Part shown: positions 26,887-39,755 of the stretch, in pieces
Position numbering within the stretch: the stretch's first letter is position 1
How the letters are laid out: each line of letters begins with the position of its first letter
From: Eledone cirrhosa
Lineage: Eukaryota
Assembly (NCBI GenBank): GCA_964016885.1
Contig: CAXHJY010001187.1
Span: 60,077 to 124,076 of the forward strand
Length of the DNA stretch: 64,000 bases
Direction of reading: 5' to 3'
Notes under the pieces: generated by a model
What the model was told of the DNA's origin: nothing
What the model saw: the letters and a program-made list of their open reading frames with translations, nothing else
Databases searched by the model: none
Position numbers and translations under genes: made by a program

Positions 26887-27301
26887 AAGTATGTATACTG
26901 ACATACATATATGTGTACAGACTCACAGTAGTATGTATATATATATATACATACATGCACACATATATATGTACATATGGGTTTACCGAACATTTATTAT
27001 AATGTTCGTTTTGTTTGTAAACAAACAGCCCGAATTACACTGTACAGTGCTCGGCAACCACCGTCGCTCAACACTGACACAGGAATGATGTACTAGTTTC
27101 AAGCTTATTAGCTATCGTCAGCATCGTATACCTTTCTGTCAGATGATTGAACGTAATTCGAGCTGTTTGTTTACAAACAAAACGAACATTATAATAAATG
27201 TTCGGTAAACCCATACGTGCTATATATATGTGTGCATGTATGTATATATATACATACTACTGTGAGTCTGTACACATATATGTATGTACGTATACATACT
27301 T
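26887..27301. repeat. Foldback element: ~150-bp inverted arms with a 114-bp spacer
   Basis: 26887-27038 is the near-perfect reverse complement of 27153-27301. Confidence 0.92.
27087..27125 (-). ncRNA. Minimal type I hammerhead ribozyme motif
   Basis: Minus strand GATG-CTGACGA-T-AGCT-AATA-AGCT-T-GAAA-CTAG-TA-CATC: intact core, stems I and II, palindromic stem III, GUA triplet. Confidence 0.85.
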
Positions 27302-27473
27302 TATATATATATATATATATATTAAAATAACAGATTAAAGTTTAAGCAAAGAATCGCTGCTTTCACCCTTAACGGGATCTTCTGAAACTAAAAAATCAAT
27401 CTGTGAACGCAGAAGTAAATATTTTGAAAAATGTTACACACTATGTATATATATATATATATATATATACATA

Positions 27474-30400
27474 GATAATAGACGTAAATAGAGTGAACGA
27501 CAGAATAATTAAAATACGACTTGTCCTCAATAGAACTACGGTGACAGTAATATCTGCGTACGCACCCCAATCCAGACTGCCCGGCACTATAAAAGACAGA
27601 TTCTATGAGACACTGATGCTAACTACCTCCCAAATATCCGACAGTGACTATATAATTATTGCAGGCGACCTAAATGGTCACGTTGGACAACATTGTGACG
27701 GCTACGACGAAATCCATGGAGGCTATGGGTTTGGTACTAGAAATGAGGAAGGCTCCAGAATCCTGGAATTCTGTGATGCAAATAACCTAACTATCTGTAA
27801 CACTAACTTCAAAAAACGTGACAATCACCTGATCACCTATAGATCCGGGGAACACACAAGCCAGGTAGATTATATCCTTACCAGAAGACGTGACAGAGTG
27901 TCTGTTGTAAACACTAAATCCCTCCCCCATGAAGAATGCACCTCCCAACATAGACTGATAATTAGCGACCTCATAATCAGGACGAGACGTACTCGACAGC
28001 AGAAGAGGACTATCCTCAGGAGAAAAATATGGAAGCTAAAGGACCCCACAGCCAAAAATAAATTTCAAAGCATATTACTTGATGCTTTCGACAGTAAGGA
28101 AGAACATTTAGAGTCGGACAATATAGAGGGAGAGTGGGAATTTCTGAAAGCAAACCTGCTGTTGGCGACAGACGAAGTCTGTGGCTGGAGCAGGCCTGTA
28201 GGCAGGAGGAGAGTAACATGGTGGTGGAACAGTAAGGTGGAGGGGTCAATTAAGGCCAAAAAGCAGGCTTGGAAAGTATGGCAGGATGGGGGAAGTAGAG
28301 AAGACTATCAAGTGGCCAGGAGGGAAGCTAGGAGACAAGTGTACTTAGCAAGAAGCTGAGGAAAGAAAGTTCAAGCATGTTCTACAACGCGATGACCAAA
28401 AACGTGAGGTGTTCAGGATTGCTAGGCAATGCGTCAAGGAAAACCGTGATATTGTCGGGGAGAAGTGTGTACTAAACGACGATGGCACACTTGCCATCAC
28501 TGACGCTGATAAGAAGGTAGCTTGGAAGTGTCACTATGAAAGGCTACTAAATGAGGAGAATAAATGGGAGAAAGACAGTCTCCCCCATATCGACCCAATA
28601 GAGGGACCAGCAGTGTTAGTCGAGGGGAGTATAATAAGTAAGGCAATCAAGGATATGAAGTCGGGTAAGGCGGCTGGGCCTTCGGAAATAGTTGCTGAGA
28701 TGCTGAAGGCATCTGGCACGGTGGGACACACCATGGTCACCCGCATAGTTAACCAAGTCGTACAGAATGGGGTTGTTCCGAAGGACTGGCATAGCAGCAT
28801 CATCGTTAACTGTTATAAGGGTAAAGGAGACGCTCTAGATAGGAGTAACTATAGAGGCATTAAATTAATCGACCAGGTCATGAAGGTCACGGAAAAAGTA
28901 ATAGCACAACTAATCAGAGAGAGAATTGACCTAGATGAAATGCAGTTCGGGTTTGTGTCAGGCAAAAGTACCACAGACGCTCTTTTCATTGTACGACAAC
29001 TACAGGAGAAGTACCTAGCTAAAGGTAAACCCCTCTACTTAGCTTTTGTCGACTTGGAGAAAGCCTTCGACAGAGTCCCCCGCTCCATTATCTGGTGGGC
29101 TCTTAGAAAACTAGGCGTTGACGAATGGCTTGTGAGAGCTATACAAGCCATGTATAAAGAAACAGTCAGCAAGGTTAGAATTAACAACGAATATAGTGAA
29201 GAGTTTAGCGTAAAAGTTGGCGTCCATCAGGGCTCTGTTCTCAGCCCCCTACTATTTATTATTGCCCTTCAGGCTATAACAGAGGAGTTCAAGACCGGCT
29301 GCCCATGGGAACTCCTATACGCAGACGACCTGACACTCATAGCGGAATCAATGGCCGAGCTAGAGAAGAAATTCCAAACATGGAAGCACGGCCTAGAATC
29401 AAAAGGCCTTAAAATTAACCTGGCTAAGAGTAAAGTTCTAGTTTGTAGAAAAGAAAATAAGGCGGCGGTCCCTTCTGGGAAATGGTCGTGCTCGGTGTGT
29501 AGGAAAGGCGTAGGTAGAAACTCCATTTTATGTCCTAAATGCAAAGTATGGGTGCATAAAAGATGTAGTGGGATCACAGGTAAGCTAACTAAGAACATAG
29601 ATTTTACATGTGGCCGGTGCTCTGGTGCAATAAGTAGCAGCAAGTGCCCACAAAATACTAGCTCTTTCAATTGCGCAGAGGGTTCTATAGAAATAGTGGA
29701 CAGTTTCCGTTACCTGGGTGATAAAATCAGCAGTGGGGGAGGGTGCTCTGAAAGTACAGTAGCTAGAGTCAGAACTGGTTGGAAAAAGTTCAGAGAGCTT
29801 ATACCACTATTAGCTGCTAAAGGGTTCTCCCTAAAAATGAAAGGCAGGTTGTACGATGCCTGCATACGAACAGCAATGTTGCATGGCAGTGAGACCTGGG
29901 CATTGTGTGCAGAGGATATACGCAGACTAGAGAGGAACGAAGCTTGCATGCTCCGCTGGATGTGTAACAGTAATATACGTGAACGGCAAAGCATAAACAA
30001 ACTAAGGAAAAAATTAGAAATAAGAGGGATCAGATGTTGTTTACTCGAGAGAAGGCTACGTTGGTATGGACACGTGATGCGCATGAAAGTCGATAGCTGT
30101 ATAACAAAGTGCAGGGCAATAAAGATAGACGGTAGCCACGGAATAGGCAGACCTAGAAAAACCTGGGACGAGCTGATAAACTCCGACCTCACACACTTAC
30201 ACCTCTCCAAGACAATGTCACTGGACCGAGACCTTTGGCGGTACTCAGTAACAGAGAAGACCCGCCTTACCTAAATACATAGTAAAACCTACTACAGCCA
30301 GTAGGCATCTCTAACAAAATAACCCCCCCCCCCCCCACACCCCCACCACCCCCACCCCATCCACGCCACCCCCCACCCCCACCACCCCCACCCCATCCAC

Positions 30401-30711
30401 GCCACCCCGTTCTATGTAAAGTTGTATTGGTGCCACACCATCCAGGCCGAAACAAATGAGATCGTGTAGGTGTCACGACAAAAAAACACACAGTCCACGC
30501 TGTAATGTGGCCGTGTAGGCAACACGGTAAAAACCTCCCAGACCCACACTGTAAATGTGGTTGGTGTTAGGAAGGGCATCCAACTGTAGAAAACCTGCCA
30601 GACAGTCCTATGCGAGCAAGACAATCACTCTTGCCTCAAGTGGGACTACCCCCGTCCAAACCCATGCAAGCGTGGAACACGGACGTTAAACGTTGATGAT
30701 GATGATGATGA

Positions 30712-30715
<4 letters not shown>
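27474..30715 (+). mobile_element. RTE-clade LINE, 5'-truncated within APE; APE + RT + PHD finger; single frameshift at ~28357
   Basis: APE motifs YAPQ, GDLNGH, VDYIL, SQHR. RT motifs DLEKAFD, QGSVLSP, YADD. ~440-bp 3'UTR ending in (GAT)n. Inserted in (TA)n. Confidence 0.97.
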
Positions 30716-30754
<39 letters not shown>

Positions 30755-31249
30755 TACTATATATACACCGAGGAGATGACGAAGGACCGTGACAAGTGGA
30801 GAGATGCTGTGCTGAATAGGACCCGGCCAACCTTTGCAAGCAGGGAAAAGCGGACATAAAATGATGATGATGATACACACACATATAACGTCATAATGAC
30901 GTAATGCAGACAGTCAGGCATACAGACATGTTATAAGGGTGCAACGTTATATCTATGTATCTATCTAAAAAGAAAGAATAAGAATTATAGAGAGAGAGAT
31001 CACTAAATCGCCTAATACGGTCCCTAGGGCATTGAAAATTTGAAATTTTTTTCTCACAGGACCATAAGTATTACATGTGTAAAGTTTGAAAACAATCGGT
31101 TGGGTGGTTCTCGAGTTTAGGGAGTCAGACAGACAGACATTCTCTGTTTTAGATATATAGATAAACAAGTAAAGAGTTTTGTATCATAGGACCAAAGGCA
31201 GTTTCATATAATAAAGGTTAAATTGTTATATTCCATTGAATATGATGAA

Positions 31250-31441
31250 TATAATAATAATTGTTTCTACGTTTGGCACAAGGCCAGCAAATTACCCAGT
31301 GCATTACTGGTACTTTATTTTATCGACCCCGTAAGGATGAAAGGCAAAGTTAACCTTGGCGGAATTTGAACTCAGAATGGCAAGGGTCGTAACTCTATAC
31401 GTCAAATATGGCGTCCGACCCTCTACCAATACTGCCAATCC
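31250..31441 (-). mobile_element. tRNA-derived SINE with GCCTTTCATCC...GGTCGATAAA core and (ATT)n tail
   Basis: Near-identical to 48627-48810. Older copies at ~3660-3850, 6735-6945, 34430-34570, 35850-35980, 38370-38570 and 63850-63940. Confidence 0.85.
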
Positions 31442-33500
31442 AATAATGAAATATTGTGTACAGTGCTTCAGGTGCACTACAACTCATCAAAAAGTGTATG
31501 TATAGTACATAGGGTAATGTACAAGCGTCAGGAAAATGAACAGTGCATGAGTCATGATATACACGTGTGCATGTGTACATCAGGTGTAGTTTTGGCGCAT
31601 TTTGGGAAGCATGAGTGTCTTAAAGGATGCAGTGTCTCGGCAGCTAACAACTGACGTAGGCAGTTTGTTCCATGCTTCAGCAACTCTGAGCGTGAAAAAA
31701 TGTTTACGAAAGTCATGGGAGCTGTGCTGTTTTCTGATTTTGTAGGCATGTCCACGTGTGTTAGACACATGGAGATCAAAAAGGTGCTCAGGGTTGTTGT
31801 TGGCGAGATGGTTAATAACTTTGTGGGTATTTACCAAGTCCATTGCCAGACGTCGGAGCTTCAATGAATCCATGCCCAGGGAAACAAGGCGTTCAGAGTA
31901 TGGTAGGTGTCTGATGGAGGGTATGCGCTTGGTTGCACGTCTCTGAACAGTTTCCAGGGGTCAATGTTCTGAGCAAGATAGGGGTTCCAGACTGATGATG
32001 CGAATTCCAAGTGTGGTCGTACCATAGCTGTATACAGTTTTAAATAGATGGCTGGAGAGCAGCTAACAAAGGTCTTGCTGAGTGATGACAAGACACCCTC
32101 GGCCTTCTTGACAATCTTAGAGACATGCTTTGTCCAACGCAAATCGCTGCTGACAGTAATGTCCAGGTCACGTTCACAAGAGGACTTTTTGATATCAGTG
32201 TTGTGGAGGGAGTATGTGGACGCTGGATTTTTCCTCCCAAAATGCATGGTGGTACACTTGTCCACAGCCAGCTTCAGTTGCCAGTCTGTGATCCATTGCT
32301 GCAATGTGTCCAGGTCTGATTGTAGGAAAGAGTTGTAGATTTCAGGATCAGTCCTTTTGATTTCAAGGTACAGCTTGATGTCATCTGCATATTTCAGTAC
32401 CGTGGCATTCTGTAAGTTGGCATCTATGTCATTAATATATGCCACAAACAAAAGGGGACCAAGAACAGATCCCTGTGGTACACCAGATGACATCTCATAT
32501 GGTGAAGAATGCTGTCCTAGAACCGTGACTACCTCTTTTCGGCTGAGAATGAAGGTTTCAACCAGTCGAAAAGATCATCCCTCACACCTATTGCAGAGAG
32601 TTTTGCCATAAGTCTTTTGTGTGACACAATTAAAAGCCTTAGCAAAGTCAAGGTAAACAACATCCACCCATGAGCCGCTGTCAGTGATCCGGGTGATGTC
32701 TTCAAGGAACTCGATAAGCTGATCACAGCAGCTAGAGTTAGGGATAAATCCAAACTGTGAGGGCCGGATGAGGCTGTGAGAACTCCAGAAGTTCCAAAGT
32801 GTTTCTCTGACACAGGATTCCATCAGTTTGGCCATACAGCTAGTAAGACTGACTGGACGATAGTTGACAGGTGACATGCGGTTGCCCTTTTTGAACAGGG
32901 GAATGACACTGGCAGTTTTCCACTGCTCCGGAGTAGCACCATTGTTGAGACAGTATTGAAAGAAGAAAGCTGGCGCAAAAGGAAATACTCACCACGTTTG
33001 AGAAGCAGGTATGTAACACCATCAAGACCAGGGGAGGCATAGTTGCGCTTATTCTTAAGGTGACGTCGCAACATTGCAGGTGTAAATTCCATAGTTGTTA
33101 TGGAATTTGATGTTAGAGATGGTGGCGATGGTACATTCTGGTTTTCGACAGTAAAAATACTTGCATAGCACTCAGCAATGAGTTCTGCGCAGTCTTTGGG
33201 ATCGTCAGTGATCTGGCTTGTGTGGGGATTGCGAAGAGGACCAACTGGAGAGTGAGGTCTCTGCTTTGAATGAACATATTTCCAGAACACCTTACTGTCA
33301 GGATTGGTTGCTATGCACTGTTCAAATTCAAGCACTGCCTTCTTTGTTACTTGCTTGAGATGGTTAGAAGATTTATTCCGCTTTTTTCTGTTGGCATCTG
33401 ATTTATGCAGTTTATATTCCCGTTCAGCGTTCTGACGTTCTTTCCTGGCAAGTTGGACCGCTGAAGTTTCCCAGATTGCACTTTTGGGGTGGTTGTTAAG
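31442..33500 (-). mobile_element. 5'-truncated CR1-clade LINE, frameshifted
   Basis: NYRPVSLTS, YLDFAKAF, SGVPQGSVLGPLLF, KYADD, VRPHLEFA..VWNP, TRGH and WNKLP motifs. Confidence 0.93.
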
Positions 33501-34300
33501 TGATTGTTATTGTTAACTGCCAAACTTTTGACTCTTAGGTTCTCTTTTAACACCACATCTGATACTCTCTTCGACTGATATCATATTGTTACATGACAGA
33601 TGATATTAGGCTTTAACAGTATCATTATTTTGTTATTTCACTAAACATCTTATAATTCTTGTTTATTTCGACAATTTTAAACTTAAAAAGGCAGTGCATT
33701 TTTGTTGGAAATATGTTCACTTAGTACTAGATATCTGACTTTATATCATGCACTTGATTTCTCTAACTCTTTAGAACTACTTATATACGAAAATGGTCTT
33801 CTTTGATTTTCTTCCTTTTTATTTTCCAATGTTATTATAATACTTTAAGCCTATGACTTATTATTTCTCCATGTAACTGCTTAAGCTTGAGATATTGCCT
33901 AGCCCCTTGTGTTTAAAACGTTTTAAAGACATTCATTCATAAGTATACCTCATGGATATACTTCCTCATAAAATTTGCTGCAATAACTAAAGAATAAATG
34001 TTTAAGATTATATAAAAATAATTTTGATTAAGAATATAATATAATATATATTCAGTTGCTATGGAAAGTTCTGATACTGACAATCTAAAAACATTTTACA
34101 ATTGTTATAAGTAAATTTTAGCATGTAATTTAAATAACATTTACTTTAAATGTCACATTCTCTTCTCAATCAGCAATGGGAAATTTTCAATGAAATGCAT
34201 AATACTGAAATAATGCAAAAAGGAAGACGATTTTGGCAACTTTTTATTTATTTTTTTCGATATTGAATGTGTTTTTACTATTCTTTTAAATTTATTTCAG

Positions 34301-34343
34301 AAAGTTGATGTTTTGGAGTCATTTCTTGACACCTTAAAAATTG
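34301..34343 (+). CDS. Double-START protein exon 10 (KVDVLESFLDTLKI)
   Basis: tttcag acceptor, GTAGGT donor, 43 nt. Phase 0/1 bridges exons 9 and 11. Confidence 0.85.
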
Positions 34344-36546
34344 GTAGGTTTGACTAAAATATTACATTTATATATTTTTAGATTATACCATTATACTACT
34401 GAGGCATATTTTCTTATTGCTGTCTTTAAGACAGCAGAGTGGCAGTCCTTTGAATGTTGAATAGAATGACTTGCGGCATGTATTTTGGCTTTTTGTGCTC
34501 AGTTCAAATCCTGTTGAGGTCAACTTTGCCTTTCATCCTTTCGAGGTTAAAATACCACTCCAGTACTGGAGTAAATTCTTATTCTGTATTTCTTTTCACT
34601 TCTCTCTATTTCCCTGGAAGAAATCAACTGTCCTGACCTGGAGAGGGACAGGCTCCTCCATGTTTTAAATGCCTGAGACATGTATTAAGGGCACCCCTAC
34701 AATTTCATCTAGTTAAGGGCCCATATTTTATGTTATTGTTTTTGTGATTGTCACGTTAAAAAGATTTAGAAGCTAAAAGCAGTCCAATTTTAAAGACAGT
34801 AAAAATACTACAAACATTCTGAATCAGGTAAATCTGTGAGTGAAAAGAGAGTATACTGAGTGCGTTTTATTGTAGCACCAACACTCACTATTGCATGCAC
34901 TGAGTTTATTTCATTATGGCACTAGCACTAGAGAGGCTGTCACATACATGCATGATCGTCCAGACTGAAAAGTCCTCTCAAACCCTATATTGTCTCCATT
35001 CGTTTGCTAAACACTAGCTTCCAGTCTCTCACTACGTTTACTTTTATTGTTACAGTGTTTGTATTGGTGGATGGGTCTTTTGTGTTATGGCATATTGCCG
35101 GTCAGCTCAGTCTAGTGTCATGTTTGTGAGTGAGGTTCATTTAAAAAAAATTTTTTTTTTAGGTCATTCTTCACAACTTTGTCTTAAGTCTTCTACAGGT
35201 TCCATCAACATTTTTTTTTATACAACTCTTCTCTTTATACATCACATACCAGCTCAATCATCTCACTTGTGTGTTACATTCAATTCTACTTGGACTCAGA
35301 TTTTCTCTCAGTTCACTTGTGCTATCATTTACATACGCTAATATTACGCATCCATCGAAACATACATACCTCATTTCTTTTTAGCCGCTTTAAATCTGCA
35401 CTCTAGGCCCATGTCTTACAGCCTGGCAGTTACCAGTTTGAACACAATCGTCACATAATCTGTTCTTCATTTATCATAGTTCTTCAGGCCAGAGGAGTTC
35501 AAGACTGGCTGCTGATTAAATTATCACAGCTAAATTAGTTATAAAGTTCAATTTACCAAAGATGGTAAGTTGCCATGGCCAGAGACAGTTTTTCTTTGAA
35601 TTACTGTTCTCCTTCACCATTTTTGGCATTCTTTCTATGGCTGATTGCCTGTCTTAATACTAACCACTTTATAGACTGTACATGAAGCGCATCTAGAAAG
35701 TATGAGCCAAAATAATCTTATACCTTAAGTATTGTGAAATGTAATATAAATATTCGGTAAGAGCAAGGATTATTTAAATTCTTTTACTGGGTTAATTGAT
35801 TGGACTATTGCAGCAAGATCAAGACTTTTTAAAACTCAATTTTAGAGAGCTCAGTACTTTAGTATTTATTTTATTGACCTTGTAAAGATGGAGAGACAAA
35901 GTTAATCTGGATAAAATTTGAATCTAGAATTTGAAGGGACGTAACCGACTACCTTAAAGTATTTTGTCCAACATTCCACTGACTCCCATCATCCACCAGC
36001 AAGCATCTATGTGTTCCACTAACATATATATGTGTGTATGCCTGTGTGTATGTATATATAAATGCACTCTAGGGTCCCAAATAATTGGAGTAAGTGTGGG
36101 AGGATGTACTTTTTCTTGGTTGTCTCCCTTGATCTTTTTTAAAAACCAGAATTAGTCGTTTAGTTTACATATTGAGACCCCCCCTCCACCAACTCATCCT
36201 ATTTTATAACGTATTGGATTGCTTGTATATATTTTTTGTCATGCATAATGTTTTTTAATGTATACAGATAATTACTTGTCGCAGGAATGCTACCACATGA
36301 AATAAAATTTTGCCAGAGATAGATTAGCAAAATTTAATGAGCAAGAGGTTGGAAAATACCTGAAATATTAAGTAGCTGGAGAATGGTTATTCGAGATCTG
36401 AGAGTATGTATTTATGTATGCATGTGTAGATGTGTATCTATATGTGTGTATCTATATGTGTGTGTGTGTGTGTGAATATATATATTTATTTGTGTGTGTG
36501 CTAGCATTGTGAAGTGGCTATTTTATTTTTCAATTTTGTTTTACAG

Positions 36547-36704
36547 TATATTTCTACCATGAAGTGGTTGCTCTGTTCCGTAAAGACTGCTGTGATGCTT
36601 GTGTTGTTGTGAGTGAGCGACTGGAAAATAACCGCTTCATTTTAGCAATGCAGTCAGTAGACTATGAGAATAGTCGGAGGGATAAGGACGCTGCAAGAGC
36701 AACG
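36547..36704 (+). CDS. Double-START protein exon 11 (YFYHEVVALFRKDCCDACVVVSERLENNRFILAMQSVDYENSRRDKDAARAT)
   Basis: ttacag acceptor, GTAAAT donor, 158 nt, phase 1/0. START beta-sheet pattern (D.CV...R....F.LAMQSV). Confidence 0.9.
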
Positions 36705-38104
36705 GTAAATAGATCTTTCTTTTTCTTGTTTCCATATCAGCCCCCCCTACTACTATTACCACCAACATCAAGACTACTCTCAACATTACTATAGTCAATA
36801 TATGCTACCACTACTGCCTCCCTGCTGTTATGGCTGTACCACTATCAACCCCACAACTATTGCATTTTGTACACATAAATGTTCAAATAAGCCACGTACT
36901 ATTCCTGTGTGTTCTTTAGTTTGTATTAGCTATTACTGACATGTCACCTTCATATGTATTCTCAGTGTTAGACATTCTGAATATATTAAACTTAGCCTTA
37001 CAATTCTGAACTGAAATCTGACATTGATATAACGAGAAAACTAGTTTCTGTAGTTGTGTTCCAGAATGATAAAACAAAAAAGTTGATATTTAGGAAGAAT
37101 GAAACATTCATAACTAATTTAATATTGATGAATGATGAGATAGTGTTGTGTCATGGAAAGAATTGCTATTAAGAATTACAGAAGCAAATAAAATTAGCTT
37201 AGTAAGTATTACTCCATTATTACTGTCATTCAATCTGCTTAGGCTATTTGTTATGAATATTTGTAGGAATATTTTGTCCTACATTGGTATCCTTCATCAA
37301 TTCACATTGAAACATTCAAGGTTGTTGACTCCTACTTCTGCAACCTAATTAGTATTTATTTCATAATCTAACAATGTTTGGATTGCCTGGAAGATACTCT
37401 TGGCTACTATTAATTCCAATCAGCCAGTGTATATCCTAGTGTGTTCTTAACCATATCTGGCAGGATCACATTTGTAGTGTGGATTTGAAACTTAGCCTGT
37501 GCAAGTTGAAAATTTACCTTTTTCCATTCTGAATGATAATGGCTATAATTAAATGGCAAAAACATCAACTAGAGAGGTTTTGCTGAAGTTAAAAGTCCAA
37601 CTTAGTATGTGCAGTATCAAATTAAGTTATACTTGCTTTATTTCTTGCAATGCTTAAGTAATGACTAATAGCCAGAGTTATACATCTGATGTTGGGGCTG
37701 AAAAACATGCATCAACTCAAGTTTTGTTGTTGCATTGGCACAAAGTTGAGATGAATGAAAGATGAAGATACAGAAATGTGAATCTAATACACTTGTAACA
37801 ACTGTAGTGTCTTTCATAACCCAAATTTGTGATAGTTTTTGTTAGATATGAATGTTTGTGATGTTACAGTTTCTTTCACTACTTGTAGTAAAAGTGATCA
37901 TAAGATTTTACGGCAGTCTGTGTTAGTATAAGCCAAAATGATTATGTAATGAGGTGAGCAAAGATATAAAGATGACTGACTTAATGGAAATATACTTAAG
38001 AAACTAGAACACATTCATTTAGCAAATTGTTCAATTCTTGTACAAAATTCCTTCTTACACTTAAGTAACACAAAGGTTATACAGATACTTTTCTTATTTT
38101 GCAG

Positions 38105-38182
38105 ATTAAACCAAGTGGTTGGATAATTGAGCCACTGGTCAAAGATAATCGGCTGTGTTCTATGGTTACATATATAATGCAG
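38105..38182 (+). CDS. Double-START protein exon 12 (IKPSGWIIEPLVKDNRLCSMVTYIMQ)
   Basis: tttgcag acceptor, GTAAGT donor, 78 nt. PSGW.IEP...VTYI.Q is a canonical START motif. Confidence 0.92.
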
Positions 38183-39755
38183 GTAAGTAGAGAGATTATT
38201 GACCCATGTCTGCTATTCCTGTCTGAGTACTGAATATTGCATCATCCAACTTATAACTGAAAATAGAATAAAATGAGCAAAATATTTGGAAAAACCATTA
38301 TTCATTTAACAGCTTCAGTGGGGGAGTATAAGTGTAGGTTGTTTAATCTTTGTCAGTATTAGATGCTTTGTTAATAATTGCTTCTAATTTAGGCACACAA
38401 CCAGCAATTTGGGGGCTGGGATAGTTGATTTGATTGACTCCAATTCTTGACCTGAGCTTTCTTTTCTTGACCCTGGAAGGATAAAAGGCTAAGTTGACCG
38501 TAGCAGGGTTTGAACCCAGAATGCAGAGACTTGGAACAAATATCCAATGCTCTAAGACTGCCAAATTGTCCAACCCCATGTTAATACCTTGTAGATGTGT
38601 TTAGTTATGGCAAGCTGATGGAACAGTAAGTTTATAGAAGCAACTTTATTCAAGCTATAAACTCTTACATATAATTCATGCAGAATCCACCTACCCATTA
38701 AATGTTTCAAGGAAATTTTGTTTAGATTTCATTAACTTGACAGAGGCTCATCTTTGTAGAGGAGAAATATAGTTAATTTTCTTGACCTCAGTATTTTACA
38801 GTCAGATAAAATAAGAGGAAATTCCAAGTTCACAGCAAGATTTGAACTGGCAATTTTGAGGTAGTTAACTAGATAGTACAAACTAGGGACAAATTAGTGG
38901 AAACTTCATGGTGCACCAAATATAAATTTACTTTTAATTGCATTAAACATGACAATAGGACACAAAACTTATCATAGACCATCAGAATGTCAGTATACAC
39001 ACCTGGTGGTCCATTGATAATATTGTGCATTACTGGTCTAAAACATCTTGGTTAGTTGATTACCATTACCACCACACCATCTCCATCAGCAATATTTTCC
39101 TGTTCACTTTTCCATGTTGGTATTGGTTTAATGGAATTTTTTAAAGCAGTATTTTATGGCCAGATGCCTTACCTGATGTCAACTCTTTCAGTCACCTCTT
39201 ATGACATGCAAGGATATAGTGTACTCATTTTACTGGGATTGATGCTATACCTGATTGATGCTAAATTTATATTCCTACAAATAATAATAGTTACATGGTA
39301 TTATTTGCTGCAAGTATTTGCAAATTAAAGTTGTATGAAAAATGTTACATTTGAGGTAATTAGTTTGTTTTTATCATCATTTTTACATTTATGTTTTTCA
39401 TACTAGCTTGCATGTGTTACAACCAAACATTTTGCTATTTTAAAATATTTTTTTATAGTAGACAGATGCACTCGATGCCAACTCATACATTATTTTTTAA
39501 GTATGTTATATACCACTAACATTTGTTGAACTACTACACTGCAGAACATATTGTTTATGAAGAACATAAACATCTTCACTGCTTTTATAAACAGTTTCAA
39601 TATGATGCTTTCAGTGAAATCTCATGATTGAAAAGTGCATCGCTTAACCACTTAGCCATGTTTGCATACATTATAATGCTTCTTGGAAATACAAAATTTT
39701 TATTCATTGAACCATAATTTATAGTGAATAATTATTTTCAAAAATTATATTACAG

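Larger units (their letters stand above)
26640..31161 (-). mobile_element. Helitron family A copy hosting nested insertions
   Basis: Segments 26640-26740, 27320-27445 and 30885-31161 are collinear with 4472-5027. 5' end is TCTATATATCT on the minus strand. Confidence 0.8.

Noticed and set aside
29269-30210. Long antisense ORFs over the RTE (also over CR1 and exon 5)
   Set aside because: Shadow frames of the sense coding sequence with no recognisable motifs.
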